Shown in pieces: positions 24,510 to 37,200 of a DNA stretch of 64,000 nt; the stretch's first letter is position 1, and the number at the start of each line of letters is the position of its first letter. Made by a program: the position numbers and the translations under genes. Location of the stretch: contig JAGIQG010000043.1 of the NCBI GenBank assembly GCA_024679065.1, positions 558,001 to 622,000 on the forward strand, written 5' to 3'. The notes under the pieces are model-generated. The model made no database searches and was not told the origin of the DNA. It was given only the letters and a program-made list of their open reading frames with translations. The DNA is from Sphyrna mokarran (lineage: Eukaryota).

Positions 24510-25668
24510 TGGGGGGCCCCTGCTGTTTGTAATTTTTATAAATGATCTGGATGAGGGTATTGAGGGATGGATCAGTAAATTTGCAGATGATACTAAAGTT
24601 GGTGGTGTGGTAGATAGTGAAGAGGGGTGTTTTAGGTTACAGAGTGACTTGGACAAGTTGCAGAGCTGGGCCGAGAGGTGGCAAATGGAGTTTAATGTGG
24701 AAAAGTGTGAGGGAATGCACTTTGGCAGGAACAATAAATGTGTAGAGTATAGGGCTAATGGTAGGGCTCTTAATAGTGTTGAGGAACAGAAGGATCTTGG
24801 TGTAGAACATAGAACATAGAACAATACAGCACAGAACAGGCCCTTCGGCCTTCGATGTTGTGCCGACCAAAATAAAAAGCAATGCCCCTCCTAACTAAAC
24901 CACTCCCTTCTCATCCATATACTTATCAACTAACCTCTTAAACGCCACCAAACTTGGCGCATCTACAACAGCTGCAGGCAGTGTATGTGTCAATAGATCC
25001 CTGAAAGTAGGCAGTCAAGTGGATAAAGTTGTTAAGAAGGCTTATGGAGTCTTAGCTTTTATTGGTAGGGGGATTGAATTTAGGAGCCGCAGCATCATGT
25101 TGCAGCTGTACAAAACTCTAGTGCGGCCGCACTTGGAGTATTGTGTGCAGTTCTGGTCGCCACATTATAAGAAAGATGTGGAGGCATTGGAGAGGGTACA
25201 GAGGAGGTTTACCAGGATGTTGCCTGGTATGGAGGGCAGGTCCTATGAAGAGAGGTTGAAGGATTTGAGGTTGTTTTCGTTAGAAAGGAGGCGGCTAAGA
25301 GGGGATCTTATTGAAGCATATAAGATGATTAGAGGTTTGGGTAGGGTGGACAGTGATAGCCTTTTTCCTAGGATGGAGAAAGCTAGCACGAGGGGACACA
25401 ACTTTAAATTAAGGGGTATGAGTTATAGGACGGATATCAGAGGTAGGTTCTTTACTCAAAGAGTGATTAGGGAGTGGAATGCCCTGCCTGCAGCTGTTGT
25501 AGATGCGCCAAGTTTGGTGGCGTTTAAGAGGTTAATTGATAAGTATATGGAAGAGAAGGGAATGGTTTAGTTTGGAGGGGCATTGCTTTTTATTTTGGTC
25601 GGCACAACATCGAAGGCCGAAGGGCCTGTTCTGTGCTGTATTGTTCTATGTTCTATGTTCTATGTTCT
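24510..25668 (+). mobile_element. CR1 subfamily A containing an inverted nested CR1 tail (about 24805-24980)
   Basis: RT motifs interrupted at GATCTTGGTGTA and resuming at GTGTATGTGTC. Confidence 0.95.
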
Positions 25669-26179
25669 AAAGGAATTTAGGGTTATGGTGGGTAAATGGA
25701 GCTGTGTTTGGAAAAAGATCAGCCATGATCTTATTAAATGTTGGAGCAGGCTCAAGAGGCCTACTCCTGCTCTGAGTTTTTATGCTCTTTATATTTGTGT
25801 TAACACTTTTGGCATGGCGCAAATTATACGGATCAGATGCACTGCAATACTTCAAAGAGACAACGGAAGTGGAAAAGTCTTCTGGAATATGGGTAGCCTC
25901 CCCAAAGTCACTCCCATCCCTCAAATTCCAACTACAGTTGGCTGAAGCTGTTTGTATGTGGATTTGCTTGGGAGGCATGTCTCCCAAGCAAGCCAATGGC
26001 ACATGCAATTTAATACCTATCTCTGATGCCTCCACTGTCAGTCCATCGCATGTCAAGAGTTACACCAATCCCCGGTGATATCTGGCAATGATGTGAATGT
26101 TGGCCGCTGGATGTGGAGTCGGATTTGATTCCCGGTTTGGTTCACTGTCTGTGCAGAGTTTGCACATGCTATCCCTGTT

Positions 26180-29100
26180 TATAGAACATAGAACAATACA
26201 GCACAAACAGGCCCTTCGGCCCACGAGTTGCACCAATCACATCTACCAATTCACATACCTATCTATAACCCCCTATCCCATTCTTTTCCATATACTCACC
26301 CAGAAGTCTTTTAAAAGACCCCAGTGAGTTTGCTTCAACAACCTCCGATGGCAGTCGGTTCCATTCACTCACCACCCTCTGAGTGAAAACTTACCCCTGA
26401 CATCTCCTTTGTATTTGCTTCCCTGCACCTTAAATTTGTGTCCTCTCGTAGTGACCATTCCAGCTCGGGGGGGAAATAGTCTCTGAGAGTCCACCCTATC
26501 AATTCCTCTCAACATTTTATAAACCTCTATCAGGTCACCTCTCAACCGACGTCTCTCCAGTGAGAATAGTCCCAGCTCCCTTAACCTATCTTCATAAGGC
26601 CTGCCTCCCAATCCAGGCAGCATCCTTGTAAATCTCCTCTGAACCCTCTCAATAGCCTCTACATCTTTCCTATAATGAGGCGACCAGAACTGCGCACAAT
26701 ACTCCAAATGGGGTCTGACAAGAGTCTTATAGAGCTGCATCGTTACCTCCTGACTCCTAAACTCTATTCCTTGATTAATGAAGGCCAGTACACTGTACGC
26801 CTTCCTGACCACTTCCTCGAACTTGCGAGGCCGATTTAAGAGTCCTATGGACCCGGACCCCGAGATCCTTCTGCTTTACAACACAGCTAAGACTCCTACC
26901 CCTTATATTGTACTCCTTCATCCCATTATTCCTGCCAAAATGGACCACTACACATTTATCTGCGTTGAAGTCCATCTGCCACTTCTCCGTCCCGTCTTGC
27001 ATCCTGTCTATGTCCCGCTGCAACTTTTGATATCCCTCCAGAACATCCACAACACCACCGACCTTTCTATCGTCGGCGAACTTACTAACCCATCCCGCCA
27101 CTTCCTAATCCAGGTCATTTATGAAAATGACAAACAGCAGGGGTCCCAGAACAGATCCCTGGGACACTCCACTGGTTACCGACCTCCATGCAGAACAAGA
27201 CCTACCCACAACCACTCTCTGCCTTCTGCTGGCAAGCCAGTTCTGGATCCACGAGGCCGAAGCCCCTTGGATCCCATGCCCTCTCACCTTCTCCAGAAGC
27301 CTTGCATGGGGGACCTTATCAAATGCCTTACTAAAGTCCATGTACACTACGTCCACCGCGCTTCCTTCGTCAATGTGTTCAGTCACATTTTCGAAGAACT
27401 CAACTAGTAAGGCATGACCTGCCCTTGACAAAACCATGCTGACTATTTCTAATCAGTCCAAACTTCTCCAAATGTTCATATATCTTATCCCACAGAAGCC
27501 TCTCCATCAGCTTACCAACCGCTGAAGTCAGACTCACCGGTCGGTAATTTCCTGGACTATCCCTGTTCCCTTTCTTAAAGATAGGAACCACATCCACAAT
27601 CCTCCAATCCTCCAGAACCTCTCCCGTTTCCATGGATGACGCAAAGATCATCGCCAGGGGCTCTGCAACCACTTCCCTCACCTCCCACAATAACCTGGGT
27701 TACATCCCATCCGGTCCTGGTTTCTTGTCTATCTTGATAGAATTTAACAGATCTAACACATCCTCTTTCCTAACATCCACATACTCAATCTTTTCCGTAT
27801 GCCGCAAACCTGCAGTGCAATCTCCCAGTTCACTTTTCACCGTGAATACCGAGGCAAAGTACTCGTTAAGCACCTCTGCCATTTCTTCCGGATTCACACA
27901 GACTTTTCCCCCTTCACCTTTTATAGACCCTATCCTTTCTTTTCTCATGCTTTTACTTTTCACATATTTGTAGAAGGCCTTGGGATTCTCCTTAATCTTA
28001 CCTGCCAAGGCCTTCTCGTGACGCCTTCTGGCTCTCCTAATTTCTTTTTTAAGTTCTCTTCTACACACCTTATACTCCTTTAGATCCCTAACATCCCCTA
28101 TCTCTCTGAACCTTTTATATACCTTTTTTTTCTTCCTAACTAGATTCACCACTACCTTCGTACACCACGGTTCTTGCGTCCTACCAGAACTTTCTTGACT
28201 GCTTGGAATGTTGTCTTGCAGTGATCCAGACAAACATTCCTTGAAAATCGGCCACTTTCTTTTTGTACTCTTCCCCAAGAACACCTCCTTCCAGTTTATA
28301 CATCCAATTGCCGGCCTAATGTTTTCATATTTCCCCTTATTCCAGACATACACCTTCCTAACCTGCCTGATCCTTTCTCTTTCCACCGCTATAGTGAAAG
28401 AGATGGAATTATGATCTCCATTCCCAAGATGCTGACCTACCGTGAGATCCGACACCTGCCCTGACTCATTAGCAAGCATCAGGTAAAGTAGAGCCTCTCC
28501 TCTCGTAGGCTTTTCCAAGTACTGTGTCAGGAAACCTTCCTGAACACACCTAACAAACTCCACACCATCCAAACCCCTTACCCTTGGGATATTCCAGTCG
28601 ATGTTTGGGAAATTGAAATCTCCCATCACGACAACCCTGTTATTTCTACATCTGTCTACGATCTGTTTCCCTATTTGCACCTCAAGTTCCCTGTCGCTAT
28701 TGGGCGGCCTATAGAATACACCCAGCAAAGTTATCGAGCCTTTGCTGTTCCGAACTTTCACCCACAGAGGCTCCGTAGACATTCCCTTCCCGTCTTCCAC
28801 CTTCTCTACAGCCACGACACTGTCCTTGATCAACAGTGCCACACCACCTCCTCTTTTGCCCCCAGCCCTGTCCCTCATGAAGCATCTGAATCTCGGCACC
28901 TGAAGTACCCAGTCCTGTCCCTGAGACAACCAAGTCTCTGTAATGGCAACCACATCACACTCCCAAGCAGCAATCCACGCCCTAAGCTCATCTACCTTAT
29001 TTACTACACTCCTGGCATTAAAATAGACACACCTCAGCCCCTCAGTCAGGATATTTCCCTTTTCCACCACCTGCCTAATCCCCCTCTCAAAGTGCCTACA

Positions 29101-29250
29101 GTCCTTCCCTACCTGGGAATTAACCTCCTTATTCACCGTCCCATCGGTATTCCCACCCCCCAGCTTTTCTAGTTTAAAGGTCCCCCAGTAGTCCTAGCTA
29201 GTCTACCTGCCAAGATATTAGTCCCCCTAGGGTTCAAGTGCCACTCGCCC
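26180..29250 (-). mobile_element. CR1 subfamily C, near-complete ORF2 (APE endonuclease + RT, frameshifted)
   Basis: ORF 27700-29136 has YFNARS, AITETWL, YRPP, MGDFNFP and GDHN (APE motifs); RT motifs follow downstream. Confidence 0.95.
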
Positions 29251-29463
29251 TTTGCGTCAGTTTCTTCTGGAAACTCTGGTTTCCTCCCACAGTCCGAAGG
29301 TTAGATGCATTGGCCATTCCAAATTCTCCTTCAGTGTACCCGAACAGCCATTGGATTGCGACAACTAGTGGATTTTCACTGTAACAACGCTGCAGTGTTC
29401 ATGTAAGAGTGATTGCGACGAACAATGTACACTGCAACCAATAAACTAATAACGTTCCAGTTA

Positions 29464-30375
29464 ATAGAACATAGAACATAGAACATTACAGCACAGAACA
29501 GGCTCTTCGGCCTTTGATGTTGCGCCGACCAATATAAAAAGCAATGCCCCTCCAAACTAAACCATTCCCTTCTCTTCCATATACTTATCAACTAACCTCT
29601 TAAACGCCACCAACTTGGCGCATCTACAACTGCTGCAGGCAGGGCATTCCACTCCCGAACCACCCTTTGGGTAAAGAACCTACCTCTGATATCCGTCCTA
29701 TAACAATCACCCCTTAATTTAAAGCTGTGGTCCCTCGTGCTAGCTTTCTCCATCCGAGGAAAAAGGCTATCACTGTCCACCCTATCTAAACCTCTAATCA
29801 TCTTATATGTTTCGATTAGGTCCCCTATTAGCCGCCTCCTTTCTAACGAAAACAACCTCAAATCCCTCAGCCTCTCTTCATAAGACCTGCCCTCCATACC
29901 AGGCAACATCCTGGTAAACCTCCTCTGTACCCTCCCAATGCCTCCACATCTTTCTTATAATGTGGGGACCAGAACTGCACACAATACTCCAAGTGCGGCC
30001 GCACTAGAGTTTTGTACAGTTGCAACATGACGTTGCGGCTCCGAAATTCAATCCCCCTACCAATAAAAGCTGAGACTCCATATGCCTTCTTAACAACCTT
30101 ATCGACTTGACTGCCTACTTTCAGGGATCTATGCACATATATACCAAGATCCCTCTGTTCATCAACACTATTAAGAATCCTACCATTAGCCCTATACTCT
30201 ACACATTTATTATTCCTGCCATAGTGAATTACCTCACACTTTTCCACATTAAACTCCATTTGCCACCTCTCGGCCCAGCTCTGCAACTTGTCCAAGTCCC
30301 TCTGCAAACTATAACACCTCTCTTCACTATCTGCCACTCCACCGACTTTAGTGTCATCTGCAAATTTACTAATCC
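29464..30375 (-). mobile_element. 5'-truncated CR1 subfamily A
   Basis: ORFs 29867-30337 and 29592-29909. Confidence 0.95.
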
Positions 30376-30379
30376 AAAA

Positions 30380-30470
30380 TACAATAATGTATTATTATAA
30401 TAATATAATATATAACAATATATATAATAATATATAATATAATAATATAATTATAATAATATAATAATGT
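30380..30470. repeat. AT-rich (ATA/TAA) low-complexity tract
   Basis: Direct inspection. Confidence 0.9.
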
Positions 30471-30803
30471 ATTATTGTGTTGTCGGCTGCTTTGGTTCAA
30501 AACTCAATCGGGGTGGGCAAGGTAGTTCTGGTGAATTCCGAAAACTCGCACGCCCATTGAAAATACTGGCATTGCACCGATGCCCCTTTCACCAGGGCAG
30601 CGGGATTGCCGGCTTCCATCTGAAGAAGGGTGAGAGTCGCCCCCTAATGCTCAGGCAACGAAAGGCACCAGGCACAGAATCTCAAAGGATTCATATTTTA
30701 ATTTAAAAAGGGATTCCCGTTTCGCTCAAATTATGTTTAATTATAACGTAACTCTTGGTCAATAGAAACATTTGATGCAGTGCTCTAAATGAAGAAAAAG
30801 TAT

Positions 30804-30809
30804 TTTATT
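30804..30809 (-). terminator. Candidate polyadenylation signal AATAAA of the IgSF gene
   Basis: AATAAA on the minus strand about 340 nt after the stop codon, followed by T-rich sequence. Confidence 0.5.
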
Positions 30810-31145
30810 TACATAAGGAACTTTTAAACAATTAATAATCGCTTCCGTAACTAGAGGTACAGAATGTGCCATTGAAGATTTGTTTTTGAAAAGGGAATTC
30901 TCTAGTATGTTATTTCACACTTGCCTGAGCTTAATATAGCAGAATATCTTTCACAATTCTGAAGAAAACCCGTTACGCATTTAAGAAAATGTACCAATCT
31001 TTCTAATCTGCGGCCAGTAGGCAAGGTATGTTCAACTGTTTGACGGGGATGTACTTGCTCCCATGTTGATTTCCACAGGTCAGAACATACATTGGTAATT
31101 CCAGTCTCCTGTGTCATATACATCACAGACAAAACACCCAGATTC

Positions 31146-31223
31146 TCATTTCTGGACCTTCTTTTTTGACCTTTTGTCCAATGCAGCCAAGTCCAGGGAT
31201 GCGTAGATAGGTCCATCCTGAGA
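31146..31223 (-). CDS. Exon 8: terminal coding exon [25 protein letters not shown]
   Basis: ttcccag acceptor in phase 0; YASL tyrosine motif typical of the last exon of IgSF immunoreceptors; TGA at 31148-31146. Confidence 0.82.
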   Translation of the reverse strand, partial: SQDGPIYASLDLAALDKRSKKKVQK

Positions 31224-34200
31224 CTGGGAAATATATTCAAAATTATATATTTGAATATATCCAAATATACTCAAACTAAAGGACTGTTTCCCAAAATTTA
31301 TTTCCATGTATTTATTGCAAGAGGTTCAATGCACTCACCTGTATTCTACTCTCCCTTTTCAAGTTTGCCTTTGTTTGACGATGATCCCCTGTGTGTCAAG
31401 GGTTAAACTATGAATTGAAATGTCACCCAAGCTATAGAATCTGTAAGTACATAGAAACACCGGGCGCCAATGACCACCTTTAAAGTTTAATTAATAGTCA
31501 CAAGTGGGTTTACATTAACTCTGCAACGACGTTAATGTAAAAATTTCCTCCTCGCCACATCCTTGTTTTCCAACACGAGGGAGAATTGAGCATCACCAAC
31601 ACACCTAACTAGCACATCTTTCGGACTGTGGGTGGAAACCGGAACACCCGGAAGAAACACGCACATACGGGGAAAATATGCAAGTTCCACACAGACACCA
31701 AAGCCAGGAATCGAACGAAGGTCGCTGATGTTGCGGGAGAGCAGTGCTAACCACTGTGCCACCGCTGCAAAATGTTGTGAGGCTACAATCATTAACACAC
31801 AGCCGACTTAAATTGTGCCAAGACAATAGATATTCCATAATCCTTCAGGAGCAGTTAGGTATGGCACCGTAGCTGAGGGAACCAACAGATCCTGGGAGAA
31901 GGCGAATTCAGGCTATTAAATTTGGTGATCAGCCATGATTATCGTGAATGGCGAAGCAGGAACAAAAGACAGGATGGCTTCTTCCTGCTCCTGTTTTAGA
32001 TGGTTTTATGTTATAACCATGTTATATGGCCATTGGATGAATGAGGAAAATTACCTATTGCTTTTTGCCCACCTGGTAACCATGTCTGCATTAATATCGA
32101 CATTGTTGTGTTTATAAAGCCAGCCCTACAAAAAAAAAATGATTGTTGCACTTGTTGAAGATAAGGAACACACGCTGTGGACAGAAATAGTAAGTGCACA
32201 CATTGTGGCTAATCCAAAGAACCAAAAGAGGGGACAGTCATTCCCTGGTTCAGTCCCCGGGGCAATGTGTTGACCAATCCGTCAAACGACCTCTTTTAAA
32301 ACTTTTCAGTAGGAAGTGAATAAGGCGAATGCATGTTATCATTGATAGAGAGAGGTATTGAGTACAGGAGTGGGATATTTTATTGTAATTGTATAGGGCG
32401 TTGGTGAGTAGAGATGTGCAGTTCTGGCATCCTTATCTGAGGAACGATGTCCTTGCTATAAAAGGAGAACAGTGAAGATTTAGTAGCTGATTCCTGGGTG
32501 GCGGGTTTCTTATATGCGGACAGAATAAGTCGGTTAGGATTGTGTTCACTGGAATTGAGAAGAGTGAGAGGGCATCTCAAAGAAACTTATAAAATTCTGA
32601 CAGGATTCGATAGAATATATTGAGAAAGAATGTTCCCGCTGGTGAAGGAGTCCAGAACAAGTGATAATATTTTGAGATTACAGGGACAACCTTTCAGAAC
32701 TGGGGTGAGGAGAAATATCTTTACCCAGAAAGTGATGAATCTGTGGAATTCACTACCACAGAATGTAGTTGAGGCTAAAACGTTATGTGATCTCGGGAAG
32801 AAATTAGAAATAGTTCTTGGGACTAAAGGAATCAAATGGTATAGGGGGAAAGCGGGATCAGGATGTTGAATTTGATTATCAGCCATGGTCATAATTAATA
32901 GCAGAGCAGGTTCGAAGGGTCGAATGGCATTGTCCTCCTTCTATTTTCTATGTTAACAAATGTAGGCAGATAGCTGGCAATTGTCAGTTTATTGTAGCAT
33001 TCTCCATAAAAGAAAAACCTGCAACCAGTCAGAGACCTTTTTGCTAAGAAGGGAAACCATCTTCTCAGGAAAACAATGCATATTTGTTCCCATTATATGT
33101 ATATTATTCTTATTTATTGTGTGTGCACGCCAATGAATACAAGGCCAAAAGCTTCGATGTTTTTTCTTGGCAAAGCTCAAGTACTGCATTTCTTCAAATT
33201 TTCTTTCAAACCCGTCTTAGCAGTTAACTATCAGTAGGAACCAACTGGTGCATTCACCATAGAAACGCCTCGACTAATCAATTTCCACTTCGATCTTTTT
33301 TTTAAGTTCTGACATTTAATCACCATCAACATTCCTGAGAAACTCACCCATTTGTCTTCCCTTACGTCCCTCTTGATGCCTTCTCTTGCTCAAGCTAAAA
33401 TTTGATGCGGGAAAAGAACACCAAACAAATGTTACATCTTAGCTGTCATATCTCAGATGCTGCTCATTGTTGGGAGTAGGATTGTCCAGTAATCTTATAT
33501 AAATCATAGAAAATAGAGGCACAGAATCTGGAATCAGTTTTCGGATTGAAATAATTCTGACAAAATATAAGATTGAGAAGGAGAGGACAAGGAAGAATGC
33601 TGAACTTTGCACATTATTTTCTTACTCACGTGTCATTCTGGGATCCTATATCTCTGTCTTCTAAAATAAAAGAACATATAGTTAGCTAATTAAAAATTGC
33701 AAAGAGAAAATCGTATTGAGAGAGAAAAAAAAAGATATTAAAGTGTCTCAGATTATCATTAATCCTTACCTGATCTGCCGTTTCTACAAATCCAAATGGA
33801 AATAAGGACTGATGGGAGGACCAGGATAGGAATTCCAACAGAAAGCAACAGTTTGCACCATTCTATATGGAGAAAACAAAAACGATTGGAATCTGCCATC
33901 GGTCAAATCATCCTTTTCGAGGGTCTCTGACCAAGTTAAAAATGCAGAGTCATCAAAACAGAGAATAATGTGGAAAATGAAACATAGCTGGTGGGATGGA
34001 TAGTAGAGAATGATCAGACAAAATGAAATCGAAGACACAATATTTGTTTGTGGAGATCAACTAAATGACGGCTCTATGAGAGTTGTCCTAAATTGGCAGT
34101 ACGTCAGATTGTATTGGACTGTAAGACCATAAGACACAGGAGCAGAGTTGGATCACTCGGCCCATGTGTCTGCACCACCATTCAATCAAGGCTGATATTT

Positions 34201-37200
34201 TTCCTCCTGCCTTTGCCCCATAACCCTGATCCCCTTATTAATCAAGAAACTATCTATCTTTGTCCTAAAAACAGTCAATGACCTGTTTTCTACAGTTTTC
34301 TGCAGCAAAGAGTTCCACCGATTCACCTCTGTCTGGCTAATTCCACCTCATCTCTGTTTTAGAGGATTGATCACTTAGTCTGAGTTTGTTTCTTCTGCTT
34401 CTACCCGCCCCACCCTCCAACAAATCCCTCGCGAGTGGAAACATCCTCTCCACATTCACTCTATCCAGGCCTCGCCTGGATATTATGGGAATATTTAATT
34501 CCCATAAAATATGGGAATTATTATGATAATATCCCATAAATCCCATATTTATGGGATATTAAACTATCCCATAGTTTAATATGGGATATTAAAACTATCT
34601 CATAAGTTTTAATAAGATCCTTATGAAAATAGGTTGAGAGAGCTAGGTCTCTTCTCCCCGGAAAGACGAAGGTTGAGAGGCGACCTGATAGAGGTTTATA
34701 CGATGTTAAGAGGAATAGATAGGGTGTAATCTCGGAGGCTATTTCCCAGGGCTGAAATGGTCGATACGAGAGGACACAGGTTTAAGGTGCTGGAGGGCAA
34801 GTACAGAGGAGATGTTAGAGGTAAGTTTTTCACTCAGGGGCTGGTGAGTGAATGAAATCGGTTGCCGTCAGTGGTGGCAGAGGCAAACTCACTGTGGTCT
34901 TTCAGAGACTTCTGGATGAGAACATGGGATTTAATGGGATTGGGAGTTACAGATAGTTCTATGTCCTGGTAAGTATAGATATGATTGGCACAACTTGTGG
35001 ACCGAAGGGCCTGTTTGTGCGGTAGTGTTCTATGTTCTATCTCCCCTCGTCCTTCTAAACTTCAATCAGTAGAGACCCAGAGTCCTCAACCCTCCCTCAT
35101 ACAGCAAACTCTTCAATCCAAGGATAATTCTTGTGAACCTTCTCTGAAATAGCACATCCTTCCTTTGAACATTGAAGGCATCATTGTTTTATCTTTATTA
35201 TCGTGAACAGAATCATAGAAGGTTAACGCCCAGAAGGAAACAATTCAGCCCATCTTTCCAATGTTATCTCTTTGATTGTCCCAACTCCAAATGCTCGTTT
35301 TTCCCTACGTTCTGAAAACGACTCTCCATCAAATATTTGCCCAATTCTCTCTTTGGAATTTCCTATTATAGAATACAGAACATTACAGCGCAGAACAGGC
35401 CCTTCGGCCTTCGATGTTGCGCCGACCAATTATGAAAAAAGTAATGACCCTCCAAACTAAACCATTCCCTTCTATTTCATAAACTTATCAACTAACGTCT
35501 TAAACACCACCAAACTTGGCGCATCTACAACTGCCGCAGGCAGGGCATTCCACTCCCTAACCACCCTCTGGGTAAATAACCTACCTCTGATATCCGTCCT
35601 ATAACTATCACCCCTTAATTTAAAGCTGTGTCCCCTCGTGCTAGCTTTCTCCATCCCAGGAAAAAGGCTATCACTGTCCATCCTTTCTAAAACTCTAATC
35701 ATCTTATATGTTGCAATAAGGTCTCATCTTAGGTGCCTCTTTTCTAACGAAAACAACCTCAAATCCCTCAGCCTCTCTTCATAAGACCTGCACTCCATAC
35801 CAGGCAACATCCTGGTAAACCTCCTCTGTACCCTCTCCAATGCCTCCACATCCTTCTCATAATGTGGGGACCAGAACTGCACACAATACTCCAAGTGCGG
35901 CCGCACAAGAGTTTTGTACAGTTGCAACATGACGTTGCGGCTCCGAAATTCAATCCACCTACCAATAAAAGCTAAGACTCCATATGCCTTCATAACAACC
36001 TTATCGACTTGACTGCCTACTTTCAGGGATCTATGCACATATACACCAAGATCCCTCTGTTCATCAACACTATTAAGAATCCTACCATTAGCCCGATACT
36101 CTACAAATTTATTATTCCTGCCAAAGTGCATTACCTCACACTTTTCCACATTAAACTCCATTTGCCACCTCTCAGCCCAGCTCTGCAACTTGTCCAAGAC
36201 TCTCCGCAAACTATAACACCCCTCTTCACTATCTACCACTCCACCGACTTTAGTGTCATCCGCAAATTTACTAATCTAACCTTCAATACCCTCATCCAGA
36301 TCATTTATAAAAATTACAAACAGCAGGGCCCCCAAAACTGACCCCTGAGGCACACCACTTGTAACATAGAACATAGAACATTACAGCACAGAACAGGCCC
36401 TTCGGCCTTCGATGTTGCGCTGACCAATATAAAAAGCAATGACCCTCCAAACCAAACCATTCCCTTCTCTTCCATATACTTATCAACTAACCTCGTAAAC
36501 GCCACTAAACTTGGCGCATCTAGAACTGCAGCAGGCAGGGCATTCCACTCCCGAACGACCCTTTGGGTAAAGAACCTACCTCTGATATCCGTCCTATAAC
36601 TATCACCCCTTAATTTAAGCTGCTTTCTCCATCCTAGGAAAAATGCTATCACTGTCCACCCTATCTAAACCTCTAATCATCTTATATGTTTCGATAAGGT
36701 CCCCTCTTAGCCGCCTCCTTTCTAACGAAAACAACCTCAAATCCCTCAGCCTCTCTTCATAAGACCTGCCCTCCATACCAGGCAACATCCTGGTAAACCT
36801 CCTCTGTACCCTCTCCAATGCCTCCACATCTTTCTTATAATGTGGGGACCAGAACTGCACACAATACTCCAATTGCGGCCGCACTAGAGTTTTGTACAGT
36901 TGCAACATGACGTTGCGGCTCCGAAATTCAATCCCCCTACCAATAAAAGCTAAGACTCCGTATGCCTTCTTAACAACCTTATCGACTTGATTGCCAACTT
37001 TCAGGGATCTATGCACATATACACAAGATCCCTCTGTTCTTCAACACTATTAAGAGTCCTACCATTAGCCCTATACTCTACACATTTGTTATTCCTGCCA
37101 AAGTGAATTACCTCACACTTTTCCACATTAAACTCAATTTGCCACCTCTCGGCCCAGCTCTGCAACTTGTCCAAGTCTCTCTGCAAACTATAACACCCCT

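Noticed and set aside
31146-31170. C-terminal KKKVQK as a tapasin-like di-lysine ER-retrieval signal
   Set aside because: Position -3 is Val, so it is not KKxx or KxKxx, and the protein lacks tapasin's N-terminal domain.
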